From: an uncultured Methanoregulaceae archaeon
GTDB taxonomy: Archaea > Halobacteriota > Methanomicrobia > Methanomicrobiales > Methanospirillaceae
Direction of reading: 5' to 3'
Length of the DNA: 64,000 bases
Assembly: GCA_963841015.1 (NCBI GenBank)
Contig: CAWJAX010000002.1
Location: 416,001-480,000 of the forward strand
A program made the position numbers and the translations under genes. Under the pieces are notes generated by a model. That model was given only the letters and a program-made list of their open reading frames with translations. It was not told the DNA's origin and did not search any database. Positions 11,301 to 26,300 of this stretch are shown here, piece by piece; position 1 is the stretch's first letter, and every line of letters begins with the position of its first letter.

Positions 11301-14300
11301 AAATTCATTTCTGGGAGTTACCAGCCCATCTGGAATTATGACATTGATGACACAGGATATGGTGCTGTTACTGCGATAACGACGGGGGACACCGATAATG
11401 ACGGCATTAAAGAGATGGTCGTGTCGACAGGAATGTGCAGCGACAGTGGTTGTGGGGCAATTGACCGAAACCTGCGTATTTTCAAACGATCTTCCGGAGA
11501 GCTGAATTCCTGGAACCTTGACTACATCTATCACATCGGTGAATTTACCGATCCGCTCTCTCTCGCAGTCGGTGACGCGGATAATGATGGAATGAACGAA
11601 CTTATTGTTGGAATGTCATGGTTTTCCCGGTCCATCCTGGAGTTCAAGCATTCTGGTTCATCCTACGATGTCAGCACTATAGAATATACTGGCAGTGACG
11701 TCCTTTCCATCAATATTATCGATATCGATCATGACGGGTTGAATGAAATCGTTTCCGGCACCGGCTGCTGGTCGGAATACAATGTCGGGATTCTCAAAAA
11801 GATTGGGGGTACATGGACGCGTACCTGGAAATCTCCCAGTTATGGCATGTCTCAGGCAGCTTCCGGTGATCTCGATAAAGATGGATTGAATGAAATCCTT
11901 GCCACCCAGTCGGGGAGCTGCGGTGTTATTGGCAACCCAGGGTTTGCGAGGATATACAAAAATAATGCCGAAATATGGAATTATGATTCAACCAGTGCTT
12001 ATTATATTGACGATGGAAAACCAGCCATGGGAGATCTTAATGGAGATGGTGTGCCGGAATTTGCTTTTATCACCAGAAATACTACCCATCAGGTCCTGAA
12101 TATATTTTCCACAAATAATCCAACATTTACTCCAGAGTATAAATATGCCCTTATTTTTCCCTGGGCAATCAGTCCGGACTGGCCAACCCGGAGCTATGAG
12201 GTTATTGGTGATTCCGATAATAACGGTATCAACGAAATCATTATGAGTGCTCTTTATGATGGGACATTGAGGATTTATGAAAGTTCAGATTCGCCTCCGG
12301 ACACAGACAGGTACCTGTTTTCAATCAATCCGGACAGTGCTGGCCCAATTACTAACGCCATAATCGTGATAAATGGTTTTGGATTTGAACCGGGGTGCCA
12401 GGTAGAATTAGAAAGGAATAGTGAAGTAATAGCGATACCACAACAGGTAACCTATCAATCCTCTGAGATTCTCTCTGCTGAATTTAATTTATCGGCTATT
12501 ACAGCTGGTTCGAGCAATCTGACTGTACGCTGGCCTGACAATACTATCCGTTCATTGCCATTTACCGTTGATGAATCCCTCAGTGAATCCGTTGACAGTC
12601 CTCAATTAATCTTTACAACTACTGGGGATGCACCTTGGTTTGGCCAGTCTGATGAATTCTACTATGGGGGGAGTTCAGCCCAAAGTGGATTAATTAGCGA
12701 AAATCAGCAATCTGTCCTTCAGACAACGGTCAACGGGCCTGCAAACATTTCATTCTACTGGAAGGTGTCATCTGAAGGAGGGTATGACTTTTTGAGATTT
12801 TTCATTGATGGTGCTGAACTGGCATCAATTTCAGGTGAATCCGTAGACTGGATTCAGGTTCAGAATATAATCAGTAGTGGAGACCACACTCTGACATGGA
12901 CGTATAATAAAGATTCTTCTGTTTCCAGTGGCAGAGACGCCGGATGGATTGACCAATTAAAGATAGAGCCGGCCGCCTTTTTCACCGCTAATATCACGTC
13001 TGGTTATGTCCCGCTGACTGTCCAATTCTACGACAATTCCACAGGTTCACCGACTTCCTGGTCATGGGACTTTGGTGATGGAGCAACGAGCATTGAACAA
13101 ATGCCCATTCATACCTATCTCACTCCCGGAACATTCACCGTGAGCCTGAACGAGACCAATTCCACCGGATCATATGTCGCTGTCCGGACGAACTATATTG
13201 TCGTCAATGGTCCGGCATATAATTCCCAAAATGGTCATTATTATGACATAATAACTGGACAACACGGCATTACGTGGTTACAAGCCAATAGTTCTGCACA
13301 ATCTTTAACGTATAAAGGACTTCAAGGCCATTTGGTTACAATAACCTCTGAAGAAGAAAATAATTTTATTGTCGCAGAATACGGTACCTATTTTACAAAT
13401 TTAGATTATTTTATAGGTGGAATCCAACCACCTGGAAGTGCTGAACCTGATGGTGGATGGACTTGGGTAACTGGTGAGCAGTGGAGTTATACGAATTGGT
13501 ACCCGGGTGAGCCAAATAATCACTATGGGGGAGATGATGGTGTTCATCCTTATGGGTATCCTAATGATGTACTCGAGGTATGGGCGGGTGGACAATGGAA
13601 TGATTACGTCTCAGATGCTTCAGAATGGGACAGGGATGGCTATATTGTTGAATGGGATTTCGCAGCCCCAGCTCCTGTTGCCAACTTTACCGCCAATGTT
13701 ACCTTTGGCGTCGCTCCACTTGCGGTGCAATTCACTGACACATCCATCGGTACACCTACAAGCTGGAACTGGTCATTTGGCGATGGTTTTACCTCGACTT
13801 TCCAGAATCCTGCTCATACCTATTCAGCCGTCGGTAACTATACGGTTGCATTGAATGTGACCTATGTCGGAAGCAGCAACACAACAACACGTACCAATTA
13901 TATTACAGTAATTGCACCCCCTCCAATAGTGACTGGTATTACGCCAGCGTCCGGTATCAACACTACCGCTGTTTCCATAACGAACCTTGCCGGATCCAAT
14001 TTCGAATCCGGTGCAGGTATAATCCTGACACCGGTGAATGTCAATCCGGTACATAAGAGCAGCATAATTGACGCTGCCGGATCAAGTGTTTTCGTCGCTG
14101 ATAACTATGCATATGTGGCTAATAGTAACGCGTTGGAGATTGTGGATGTCTCGGACCCTGCGAACCCGGTATACAAAGGTAACATAACAGACGGCGCTGG
14201 TCGTTGTGTGTACGTGTCAGGTAACGATGCGTATATAGCTGGTGATTTCGGATTGGAGATCATAGATGTCTCGGACCCCGCTAATCCGGTACATAAAGGA

Positions 14301-17300
14301 AATATAACAGAAGGTGCCGGCTATAGGGTTTACGTGTCTGGTAACTATGCGTATGTGACAGATATTGAATATGATGCCCTTAAGATCGTGAATATTTCCA
14401 ACCCGGCAGATCCGGTTCTTACAGGTAGTATTTCCCCCCTCAATAATGCCCGGAGTGTCTCTGTTTCTGGAAATTATGCGTATGTTGTTGGTTGGACAGG
14501 ATACCTTTTTACCGTTGATGTTTCAAACCCGGCAGAACCGGTTCTTAAGAACACCCTGTTTCTGCCAGAATGGGCAGAAAGCATCTATGTTTCCGGCAAT
14601 TATGCCTATGTGACCATTTCGGGGGGTGATGCTCTCGAGATCCTTGATATTTCGGATAGAATTAATCCAGTGCATAAGGGAATTATTGGAAATGGCGAGG
14701 GGGGTGCTCTTCTTGATTATCCACAAGGTGTGTATGTCTCCGGCAATTATGCGTATGTAGCAAGTCGTAGTAGCAATGCACTTGAAATTGTGGACGTCTC
14801 GGATCCCGCCAGCCCGGTACATAAAGGTAGTATTACCAATGGTGCCGGGGGAGCCTTTTTATATCGTCCACAAGGGGTCTATGTCTCCGGCTCCTACGCG
14901 TATGTTGTTGGGGGCAGCAATGCCCTCGAGATTGTAGACATTGGAACAGTTCCTGCAACAGATGCTCTTGTAGTCTCTCCCGCTCAGATCACTGGCACAC
15001 TCGATTTGACAGGCAAAACTGCAGGTGCGTACAATGTTGTGGTCACCAACCCGGATGGCCAGTCCGGCATGCTCTCCAGTGGATTTTCGGTAACTGCCGC
15101 TGCCGAAACCCCGGTAATTAATGGAACGATCATCACTCAGTCTGCGACTATCTTTATTGGTGAACAAGGGCTGGATATTTCTCCCGCTCTGGATGCTGCA
15201 AATTCAGCAGGGTATGCGGTAACAGATTTTACCACCATCGGATGGTGGGCATCAGAGGCAGATATCTATTCCATCGGTCCGACGGTTTCTGTTGAGGCAA
15301 CCGGACGACAGACTCAGTTTAACGTAACCCAAGGCGAATTTGAAGGGTATGAAGGTCACTGGTATCTCGTTGACCCAACTGCTTCGAACACTGCAAAGAA
15401 TGGTGCTGGTGCAGTCATCGAAGTCAAAGCTCCAAAACTCGATATCGCCGTCCTGGATCATAACAATCATCCCGTTACTAACTCTTCAGTAGTCCGAGGT
15501 ACGCGGCTCAAATTCCTTGTTGACACAAATATGTATCCGGCAGTAAATATATCTCAGAGGAGTCCGCTCAATCCTGCCACCGATGGTTACATTGATCTCA
15601 AGGTAAAAGATCCGAACGATGAGGTATATACCAGCCTGTTGAACGATAGCGTCGGCACTCCCTCTCCAGGTCCGAATTCACTCCTTGCAAATTTTGTAGA
15701 TACACAAAACTGGTATTGGGGTGAATCTGGTTCCTATTCATGGCAGACTGGTGCACTTGATTCGGGAACTTCACCGAATTATCCTCTTGGTACCTATGCT
15801 GTATGGGCAGAATCCACGCTCCATGGTATGAAAGACAACTACCTGAGCGGAGGGGCCTACTACACAGGAAGAACGGTTGCTCAAGTATACACCATAACCC
15901 TTGTTCCTGCTGCTCCTGATTCTATAGTCTCCGATTTCACAGCCAGCATCACTTCAGGCACTGCACCACTGCAGGTTTCGTTTACTGATCTTTCATCAAA
16001 CAGCCCCACCGGCTGGGCATGGTTCTTTGGCGATGAGACTTTCACCGAGGCATGGATACAGACGACGTCAAGTGCGGGTTGGCCAGCAAGATCCTGGTCA
16101 AGCAGCGTGGTGATGCCGGACGGCAGTATTGTGCTGATGGGTGGTTCGGCGTACGGTAATACAAATGACGTTTGGCGGTCTTCAAATAACGGCGCTACGT
16201 GGACGCAGGTGACTCCCAGTGCCGAGTGGACGGCGAGAAGTGGACATACCAGCGTGGTGATGCCGGACGGCAGTATTGTGCTGATGGGCGGTAGTGACGA
16301 TGGCGGTTTGAAGAATGACGTTTGGCGGTCTATAGATAACGGCGCTACGTGGACGCAGGTGACCCCCAGTGCCGAGTGGACGGCGAGATACCGGCATAGC
16401 AGCGTTGCGCTACCTGACGGTAGCATCGTAGTGATGGGCGGTGTTGGATTAACGAATGATGTGTGGCGGTCTACAGATTACGGAGCAACTTGGACTCAGG
16501 TAAACGCAAGTGCCGGATGGTCAGCACGATGGCAGCACACGAGCGTGGCGATGCCGGATGGCAGCATCGTTCTAATGGGCGGTTTTGATAGCGGCGTTGA
16601 TGACGGCGGCTACAAGAATGATGTGTGGCGGTCAATGGACAATGGTGCGACATGGAATATGGTAAGTGCGAAAGCTGAATGGACGGCGAGAAGTGGACAT
16701 ACCAGTGTGATGATGCCGGATGGTAGCATCGTGCTGATGGGTGGTAGTAGCGGCGGAGGTGAGGATAAAATATATTACAATGACGTTTATCGCTCAACAA
16801 ATAACGGTGCTACATGGACACAGGTCAAAACGGACGCCGAGTGGACGAAGAGAGCTAATCACAACAGCGTTGTGTTATCTGATAGTAGCGTCTTACTAAT
16901 GGGGGGAACCTCTACAAATGACGTGTGGCGGCTTGCACCAGCTGGGTCATCGACCCAGAATCCGTCGCATACGTATACTGTACCGGGAACATTACTCAGT
17001 AGCGCTGCAGGCATATAATGCCGGTGGATACAACAGCACACAGAAGACCGGGTATATCACGGTATCTTCTGGGGGATGGGATGGAACAACATGTACGGTG
17101 ATTACGAATCCTGGAACCTATCAGGTGCTGGGGGATATTCAGGGAACACCAGGAATTACGTGTATAAATATCCAGTCATCAGATGTCATCATTGAGGGTA
17201 ATGGTCATACACTCAACGGGACAACCGGCAATGAGAACGGTATTTATGCATCCGCATCTCCGGCCCAGATAAACAATGTTACAGTAAAAAATCTGACCCT

Positions 17301-20300
17301 TTCCAACTGGGGCATGGGTATTTTCTATGAGAATGTTACGGGAGGGGCAATTGACAATATCATCGTCCTTTCCAGCCAGACACAAGGGATTACACTTGGT
17401 ACATCGTCATCTATTACACTAAGTAATGTGAATGCATCCCAGAACTGGGTCGGTATTGCAGTAATTGAGGGATCTGACGATAACACCCTGACCCATGTTA
17501 CAGCCAGCAGGAATGATGCTGTCGGTCTCTGGTTCTATGCCGCACGAAATAATACGGTCCTTTCTGGTACGTTTGACCATAACAACGGGCCCGGTGTGTC
17601 ACTTGATGGGCAGTCAAACAACAACACACTCTCCAAGAATACAGCGAACTTCAACAACCATGGGATCTTCATAGAAGCGAATGGCAATGGATTTCCCTCC
17701 AGTTATCCTATCGGCCCTTCGGATTACAACACGATTACGGATAACATTGCACAGAATAACAACGAAAGTGGAATCTATCTCTTTGAATCAGCGAACAATA
17801 ATCATATCACCGGAAACACATTCATCAACAATCGTATTGGTATTCATTTCAATGCAACCGCGGGTCCAATTTCCGGAAATATAATCAGCAATAATAATGC
17901 AAGTTCCAATACTTACCATGGTATAGCATTCTCGAATGCGACCGGAAACATTCTCACGGACAACAATGCTACCTCCAACGGGAATAACGGTATTTTCCTC
18001 TTCAATAAGTCCCGTGGCAATTTCCTGTCTGATAATATCGCCTCATTCAATGGAATTGATGGGTTTGTGGTCAGTCATTCCCGCAACAATAACCTGACAC
18101 ACAACAAAGCCCTGAACAATTTGCATATTGGTATCAATCTTGATACCGCAGAAAATATTACGGTCTTTAATAATGATATTTCAGAAAATGACCACGGTAT
18201 ACTCCTGTATTATGCCAGTAACAACACCATCGTCAACAATTCGGTCTCCGCCAATAATGAAGGATTCCGCATTCTGATAGATGGTAATAACTCAATCACA
18301 AAAAATACGGTGAATGGAAACACCTACGGCGTCTGGGTGAATTCATCTCAAAATGAATTCTTCAACAACTATTTCGACAATTCCAATAATGCCATTGATG
18401 GCAGCATAGGGAATTACTGGAACTCCACCAAGACTCCGGGAACAAATATCATCGGTGGGTCAATGCTTGGTGGCAACTACTGGAGCGATTATTCCGGTGT
18501 TGATACTGATAGCGACAGCATAGGGAATACGTTGGTACCCTATAATGCTGGTGGCAACATTATGGTAGGGGGAGACTGGCTCCCACTGACGAACAATAAC
18601 CCCCCAGCAACACCAGCACCAGTGGCAGCGTTCAGCGGGGTACCCACTTCTGGTGCAGCTCCTTTGATTGTCAACTTCACAGATGCATCAACCGGCAGCC
18701 CCACCGGTTGGGCATGGTTCTTCGACGACGAGAATTATGGACAGTCCTGGATACAACAAACATCTAGTGCCGGGTGGTCGGGAAGATGGGCTCATAGCAG
18801 CGTTGTGGTGACGGATGGCAGTATCGTACTGATGGGTGGTGCTGACAACGCTGGCGATAAGAATGACGTATGGAGATCAACAGATAACGGCGCAACGTGG
18901 ACGCAGATGACCGCAAGTGCAGGCTGGACGCCAAGACATGTTCAGAGTGTTGTGGCGATGCCGGACGGGAGCATCGTACTGATGGGAGGTTACGCTCCCT
19001 CTGATGGCGGTAATCAGAATGACGTATGGAGGTCTACAGATTACGGTGCAACATGGACACGAATGACAGCGAGTGCCGGGTGGAGTCCGAGACAACCTTA
19101 CATAAGCGTCGTATTGCCAGATGCCAGCATTTTATTGATGGGTGGCTGTGACTACGGGAACAGCGGCAATGTTTATAATGACGTGTGGATGTCGGCGGAT
19201 AACGGGGCATCATGGACACAGATGACAGCAAGTGCCGGGTGGAGCCCCAGACATAGTTTCAGCAGTCTTGTGATGCCAGATGGCAGTGTCATATTGATGG
19301 GCGGTTCTGAAGGCACTGACGATCAGAATAAAAATGATGTTTGGAGATCGACAGATTACGGAGCAACGTGGACTCTAGTGAACGCTGGTGCTGCATGGAC
19401 GGTAAACAAGGGTCATGGTAGCGTCGTAATGCCAGACGGTAGTATAGTCCTGATGGGTGGCGATGCTGCCAACAGTGTTTCGACGATCAATCACAACGTA
19501 TGGAGATCGACGGATAACGGTACAACGTGGACTCTGGTGAACGCAGCTCCTGGATGGACAGCGAGAAGTTATTTGACGAGTGTCGTAATGCCGGACAGCA
19601 GCATTATCCTGATGGGCGGCAGTGCGAATGATGGCCTTAAGAATGATGTATGGCGATTCAACCCTGCTGGTTCAACAGAACAGAATCCATCGCACATCTA
19701 TACCTCACCGGGAACTTATTCAGTATCGCTTCAGGTGAATAATGCCGGTGGATATAACAGTACGCATAAGATGGAGTATATCTCGGTATCTTCTGGAGCA
19801 ACCTCCGGTCCCGTCCACAACCTCAATTCAGGTTTAAATTATACCACTATTCAGGAAGCGATTGACAACGCTACGGCTCTCGATACGATCCTTGTTGACG
19901 GCGGGACCTATTATGAGAATGTGGATGTCAACAAATCCCTTACCATCCGCGGCAACGAGACAGGCTCAGGACCTCCGGCCCTGAATGCCGGTGGAAGCGG
20001 CAATGGTTTTTCAGTCTCTTCAGATAATGTTACAATTGAAAACTTCAGCGTCATCAATACAGAGGTTACAATATATATCACGAAAGACTTCGCCAGAATA
20101 ATTAACAATAATCTTAATGGACGGATCCATGTTGATGGTGGTTCGAATTCAGAGCTCTATGGTAATAACCTCACCGGTGGCAGTGAGGGAATTGTCCTCC
20201 GTTCATCTGTAAACCACACCGTTTCCCACAATACAATCCGGAACAAAGCAAACAGTGGCATGTACCTGTATGCAACTTCCGATAACCGTATTGAATTTAA

Positions 20301-23300
20301 CAGGATTGAGAATAATGGGCAGGCAGGAGGTGACCACAGTGGTATCGGTATGGATTATGTCAGACTCTTCTGTCATCGCAAACAACAGTATCATCTCCAA
20401 TGGATTTGCCGGTATTCGACCACTTGGATCGAGCAATAACCAGATTTTTAACAATACTATTTCAGGAAACACTTACGGAATATACTGGCGTTCCTATGAC
20501 AGCGGGAACGTGATCTACCTCAATAACCTCGAAAACAGTATCAATGCAAATGATGCTACAGCTTCAAGCGGTGCGCTCAATTCACCCGATCCAATCACCT
20601 ATACCTACAATGGAGTCGGTCACGTCTCTAGCCTCGGTAACTACTGGCACGATTATTCCGGAACCGATACCGATAACGACGGAATCGGGAATGCGCCGTA
20701 TTCTCTGGGATCCGGACAAGATACTTTCCCCTTAATCGGGATGTGGGACGGATCGTCGAATAGTATTGCATCAGGAGCACCAGTTGCCAACTTCACCGCT
20801 AATGTCACTTCAGGAACCGCTCCGCTCTCTGTACAGTTTACTGACCTTTCAACCAGTTCACCGATATCATGGAACTGGGACTTTGGTGATGGATCTACAG
20901 AAAATAATACAATTCAGAATCCGATCCACACCTATTATAATTCAGGCATCTACTCAGTGAACCTGAATGCAAGCAATGCCGGGGGCAGCGATGAACTCCA
21001 GCGTTCTGATTATATTGAAGTCATAACTCCACCTCAGGTCGGACCAGTCCTTGAACTCCATCTTGATGAAAATGGTGGAACGACTGCAATAGATTCTTCG
21101 GGTAATGGTCTGGATGGAATAATTCTGGGATCTCCTGTCTGGGTGGAGGGAATCTCCGGCAGAGGATTGTACCTGGATGGTGTAAATGATTATATTAATC
21201 TCGGAAATTCTCCATTGCTAAACCTGCGAAATGCTTTCACGATGGAAGTATGGGTTAATACTTCGGTTAATCAGATAGACAGGGCGTTTCTGCAGAGAGG
21301 GGATGGATCTTCGTATCCAACAGCTCATTACATTTTTGGTATGGATGGGGATCTCTGTAATATCCGGACCCAGTATAGTACATCTTCTGGTGGATGGAAA
21401 GTGACCCCTTCAACAACAACGATCGATACCGGCCACTGGGTCCACTGTGTTGCAACCTTCAACGGGACCTCTCAGACAATATACATTAATGGCGTTAAAG
21501 AGGCTTCAACTCCCCAGAGTGCTCCTCTGAACAATGTAACTAATAACGTATCCGTTGGATTGAGTCTCCCCAACCGCTATTTCTCCGGGACTTTGGATGA
21601 GATTCGTGTTTTTAACAGGGCATTATCAGAAGAAGAAGTTTGGGCGAATTTCCAACAGTATGCCACAACAATTCCAGTGGCCAACTTCACAGCAAACGTC
21701 ACTTCTGGCATAGTACCACTCACCGTGCAATTCACTGATACATCAACCGGTTCCCCAACCCTGTGGAACTGGGATTTCGGTGATGGTGCTACATCAGCAG
21801 TCCAGAATCCCTCCCATAATTATACTGCTGCCGGTACTTACATGGTCACCCTGAATGCGACAAACACAGCGGGATCTGACTGGGAGAACAAGACATCTTA
21901 TATTACCGTAACATCTCTGGACCCTGTCGTGCTCCTTCACCTGGATGAAGGGACGGGACTGGTTGCAGTGGATGCAACAGGCAATGGTCAGGATGGGATC
22001 ATTCATGATGCTCTCTGGACATCAGGCATCTCTGGCGATGCATTATCGTTCGATGGTTTTGGCGATTATGTGGATGCTGATCTGAATAACGGCATTACGG
22101 GTGACCTGACAGTATCCCTCTGGATGAAATCGAAAAACCTGACCGGCTACCAGCCGCGGATTCTCGATCTTGGCACTCCCAGCTCCATCGGACTGCAGCT
22201 CTGCATGTTCACCGATGGAAGGCTGCTTATAGACAACAGCGGGGGACCATCAGATGAAGTCTTTACAATTGATACGTTCAATGATGGGATCTGGCATCAT
22301 ATAGCAGGGGTCAGGAGGGGAACTACCTATGATCTATATGTTGATGGTCAATTCCAGTCTACTGCATCAGGCAGCATTCCGACTTACAACAGGATCTTCC
22401 TTGGCAAGCGGGCTGCAGTTTCCGATGAATACTTTAACGGGTCGATCGATGAAGTAGCGATCTACCCAAGAGCACTCTCTGCAGATGAGATCCTCGCTCA
22501 CTATCAGGTCCATGAAGGCAATATTACCCATGCACCAGTATCCAGCTTCGCTGCCAACGTAACATCAGGAACAGCTCCACTCACAGTCCAATTCACCGAT
22601 ACTTCGACCAACACTCCAACTTCCTGGCTGTGGTCGTTTGGCGACGGGAACTCCAGTATCGAACAGAATCCGTCGAATGTCTATGCAACGCCCGGGACTT
22701 ACACGGTCTCGCTCACGGCAACGAACATTGCCGGATCCAATACAACAGTAAAGACAGCGTTCATTACGGTAACCGCAGCTGCAGTAGTTCCGGTTGCCGA
22801 GTTTTCAGCCACTCCAACCGGAGGAGCAGCTCCACTCACGGTCATTTTCTCCGATGAATCCCTGAATGCCCCGGACAGCTGGCTGTGGTCGTTTGGCGAC
22901 GGGAACTCCAGTATCGAACAGAATCCGTCGAATGTCTATGCAGCACCCGGGACTTACACGGTCTCGCTCACGGCAACTAACATTGCCGGATCCAATACAA
23001 CAGTAAAGACATCGTTCATTACGGTTACTGCAGCTGCAGTAGTTCCGGTTGCTGAGTTTTCAGCCACTCCAACCGGAGGAGTAGCACCGCTGACGGTTCA
23101 GTTCTCCGATGAGTCCCTGAATGCTCCGGACAGCTGGCTCTGGTCGTTTGGTGATGGGAACTCCAGTATCGAACAGAATCCGTCGAATGTCTATGCAGCA
23201 CCCGGGACTTACACGGTCTCGCTCACGGCAACTAACATTGCCGGATCCAATACCACCACCAAGACAGCGTTCATTACGGTAACCGCAGCTGCAGTAGTTC

Positions 23301-26300
23301 CGGTTGCCGAGTTTTCAGCCACTCCAACCGGAGGAGTCAGCTCCTCTGACGGTCATTTTCTCCGATGAATCCCTGAATGCCCCGGACAGCTGGCTGTGGT
23401 CATTTGGCGACGGGAACTCCAGTATCGAACAGAATCCTTCGAATGTCTATGCAACACCCGGGACCTACACGGTCTCACTCACGGCAACGAACATTGCCGG
23501 ATCCAATACCACAACTAAAACAGGACTTATCGAAGTTACTGCTGCGACTATAACACCTGTTGCTGAGTTCACTGCGGTTCCAACATCCGGGGTAGCACCG
23601 CTGACGGTGCAGTTCACGGATACTTCGACGAACGTACCGACCAGCTGGCTGTGGTCATTTGGTGATGGGAATTCAAGTATACTCCAGAGTCCGGCATTTA
23701 CGTACTCAACACCCGGGACCTACACGGTTTCCCTCACGGCGACAAACCTGGCAGGGAGTGATACCAATACCAAGGCGAGTCTCATCAATGTCACACCAAA
23801 TGTAACACCCCCGGTTGTACCGGTTGCTGAGTTCACCGCGGTACCAACCTCAGGGGTAGCTCCGTTAACGGTGCAGTTCACGGATACTTCCACGAACGTA
23901 CCGACATCGTGGCTGTGGTCATTCGGAAACGGGAACTCCAGTATCGAACAGAATCCGTCGAATGTCTATGCAACACCCGGGACCTACACGGTCTCGCTCA
24001 CGGCAACAAACCTTGCCGGATCCAATACAACAGTAAAGACATCGTTCATTATGGTTACTGCAGCTGCAGTAGTTCCGGTTGCCGAGTTTTCAGCCACTCC
24101 AACCGGAGGAGTAGCACCGCTGACTGTTCAGTTCTCCGATGAGTCCCTGAATGCTCCGGACAGCTGGCTGTGGTCGTTCGGTGACGGGAACTCCAGTAAC
24201 GAACAGAATCCTTCGAATGTCTATGCAATACCCGGAACCTACACGGTCTCGCTCACGGCAACGAACATTGCCGGATCCAATACCACAACTAAAACAGGAC
24301 TTATCGAAGTTACTGCTGCGACTATAATACCTGTTGCCGAGTTTTCAGCCACACCAACCGGAGGAGCAGCTCCACTCACGGTCACATTTTCCGATGAATC
24401 CCTGAATGCCCCGGACAGCTGGCTCTGGTCGTTTGGTGACGGGAACTCCAGTATTGAACAGAATCCCTCAAATGTCTATGCAGCACCCGGGACCTACACG
24501 GTCTCACTCACGGCAACAAACCTTGCCGGATCCAATACCACCACCAAGACAGGATTCATAAGTTACTGCTGCGACTAGTAACACCGGTTGCCGAGTTTTC
24601 AGCCACTCCAACCGGAGGAGCAGCTCCACTCACGGTGCACGTTCACGGATGACTCCCCGAATGCCCCGGACCAGCTGGTTGTGGTCGTTCGGTGATGGGA
24701 ATTCAAGTATACGATCAGAATCCGTCGAATTTCGTACTGCAACACCCGGGACCTACACGGTCTCGCTCACGGCAACGAACATTGCCGGATCCAATACCAC
24801 AACCAAGACATCGTTCTTATCGAGTTACTGCAGCGACTAGTAGCTCCGGTTGCCGAGTTTTCAGCCACTCCAACCGGAGGAGCAGCTCCACTCACGGTCA
24901 CATTCTCCGATGAGTCCCTGAATGCCCCGGATAGCTGGCTGTGGTCGTTTGGTGATGGGAACTCCAGTATCGAACAGAATCCGTCGAATGTCTATGCAAC
25001 ACCCGGGACCTACACGGTCTCACTCACGGCAACGAACATTCCCGGATCCAATACCACAACCAAGACATCGTTCATTATGGTTACTGCAGCTGCAGTAGTT
25101 CCGGTTGCCGAGTTTTCAGCCACTCCAACCGGAGGAGTAGCACCGCTGACGGTTCAGTTCTCCGATGAGTCCCTGAATGCTCCGGACAGCTGGCTGTGGT
25201 CGTTTGGCGACGGGAACTCCAGTATCGAACAGAATCCGTCGAATGTCTATGCAACACCCGGGACTTACACGGTCTCGCTCACGGCAACGAACATTGCCGG
25301 ATCCAATACCACCACCAAGACAGCGTTCATTACGGTTACTGCAGCTGCAGTAGTTCCGGTTGCTGAGTTTTCAGCCACTCCAACCGGAGGAGTAGCTCCT
25401 CTGACGGTGCAGTTCACGGATACTTCCACGAACGTACCGACATCGTGGTTGTGGTCGTTCGGTGACGGGAACTCCAGTAACGAACAGAATCCGTTGAATG
25501 TCTATGCAGCACCCGGGACCTACACGGTCTCGCTCACGGCAACGAACATTGCCGGATCCAATACCACCACCAAGACAGCGTTCATTACGGTAACCGCAGC
25601 TGCAGTAGTTCCGGTTGCTGAGTTTTCAGCCACTCCAACCGGAGGAGTAGCACCGCTGACGGTTCAGTTCTCCGATGAATCCCTGAATGCCCCGGACAGC
25701 TGGCTGTGGTCGTTCGGTGACGGGAACTCCAGTATCGAACAGAATCCGTTGAATGTCTATGCAGCACCCGGGACCTACACGGTCTCGCTCACGGCAACGA
25801 ACATTGCCGGATCCAATACAACAGTAAAGACAGCGTTCATTACGGTAACCGCAGCTGCAGTAGTTCCGGTTGCCGAGTTTTCAGCCACTCCAACCGGAGG
25901 AGTAGCTCCACTGACGGTCATTTTCTCCGATGAATCCCTGAATGCCCCGGACAGCTGGCTGTGGTCGTTTGGCGACGGGAACTCCAGTATCGAACAGAAT
26001 CCGTTGAATGTCTATGCAGCACCCGGGACTTACACGGTCTCGCTCACGGCAACTAACATTGCCGGATCCAATACAACAGTAAAGACAGCGTTCATTACGG
26101 TTACTGCAGCTGCAGTAGTTCCGGTTGCTGAGTTTTCAGCCACTCCAACCGGAGGAGTAGCACCGCTGACTGTTCAGTTCACGGATACATCGACGAACGT
26201 ACCGACATCGTGGCTATGGTCGTTCGGTGATGGGAATTCGAGTATACTTCAGAGTCCGGCATTTACGTACTCAACACCTGGAACCTACACGGTTTCACTC

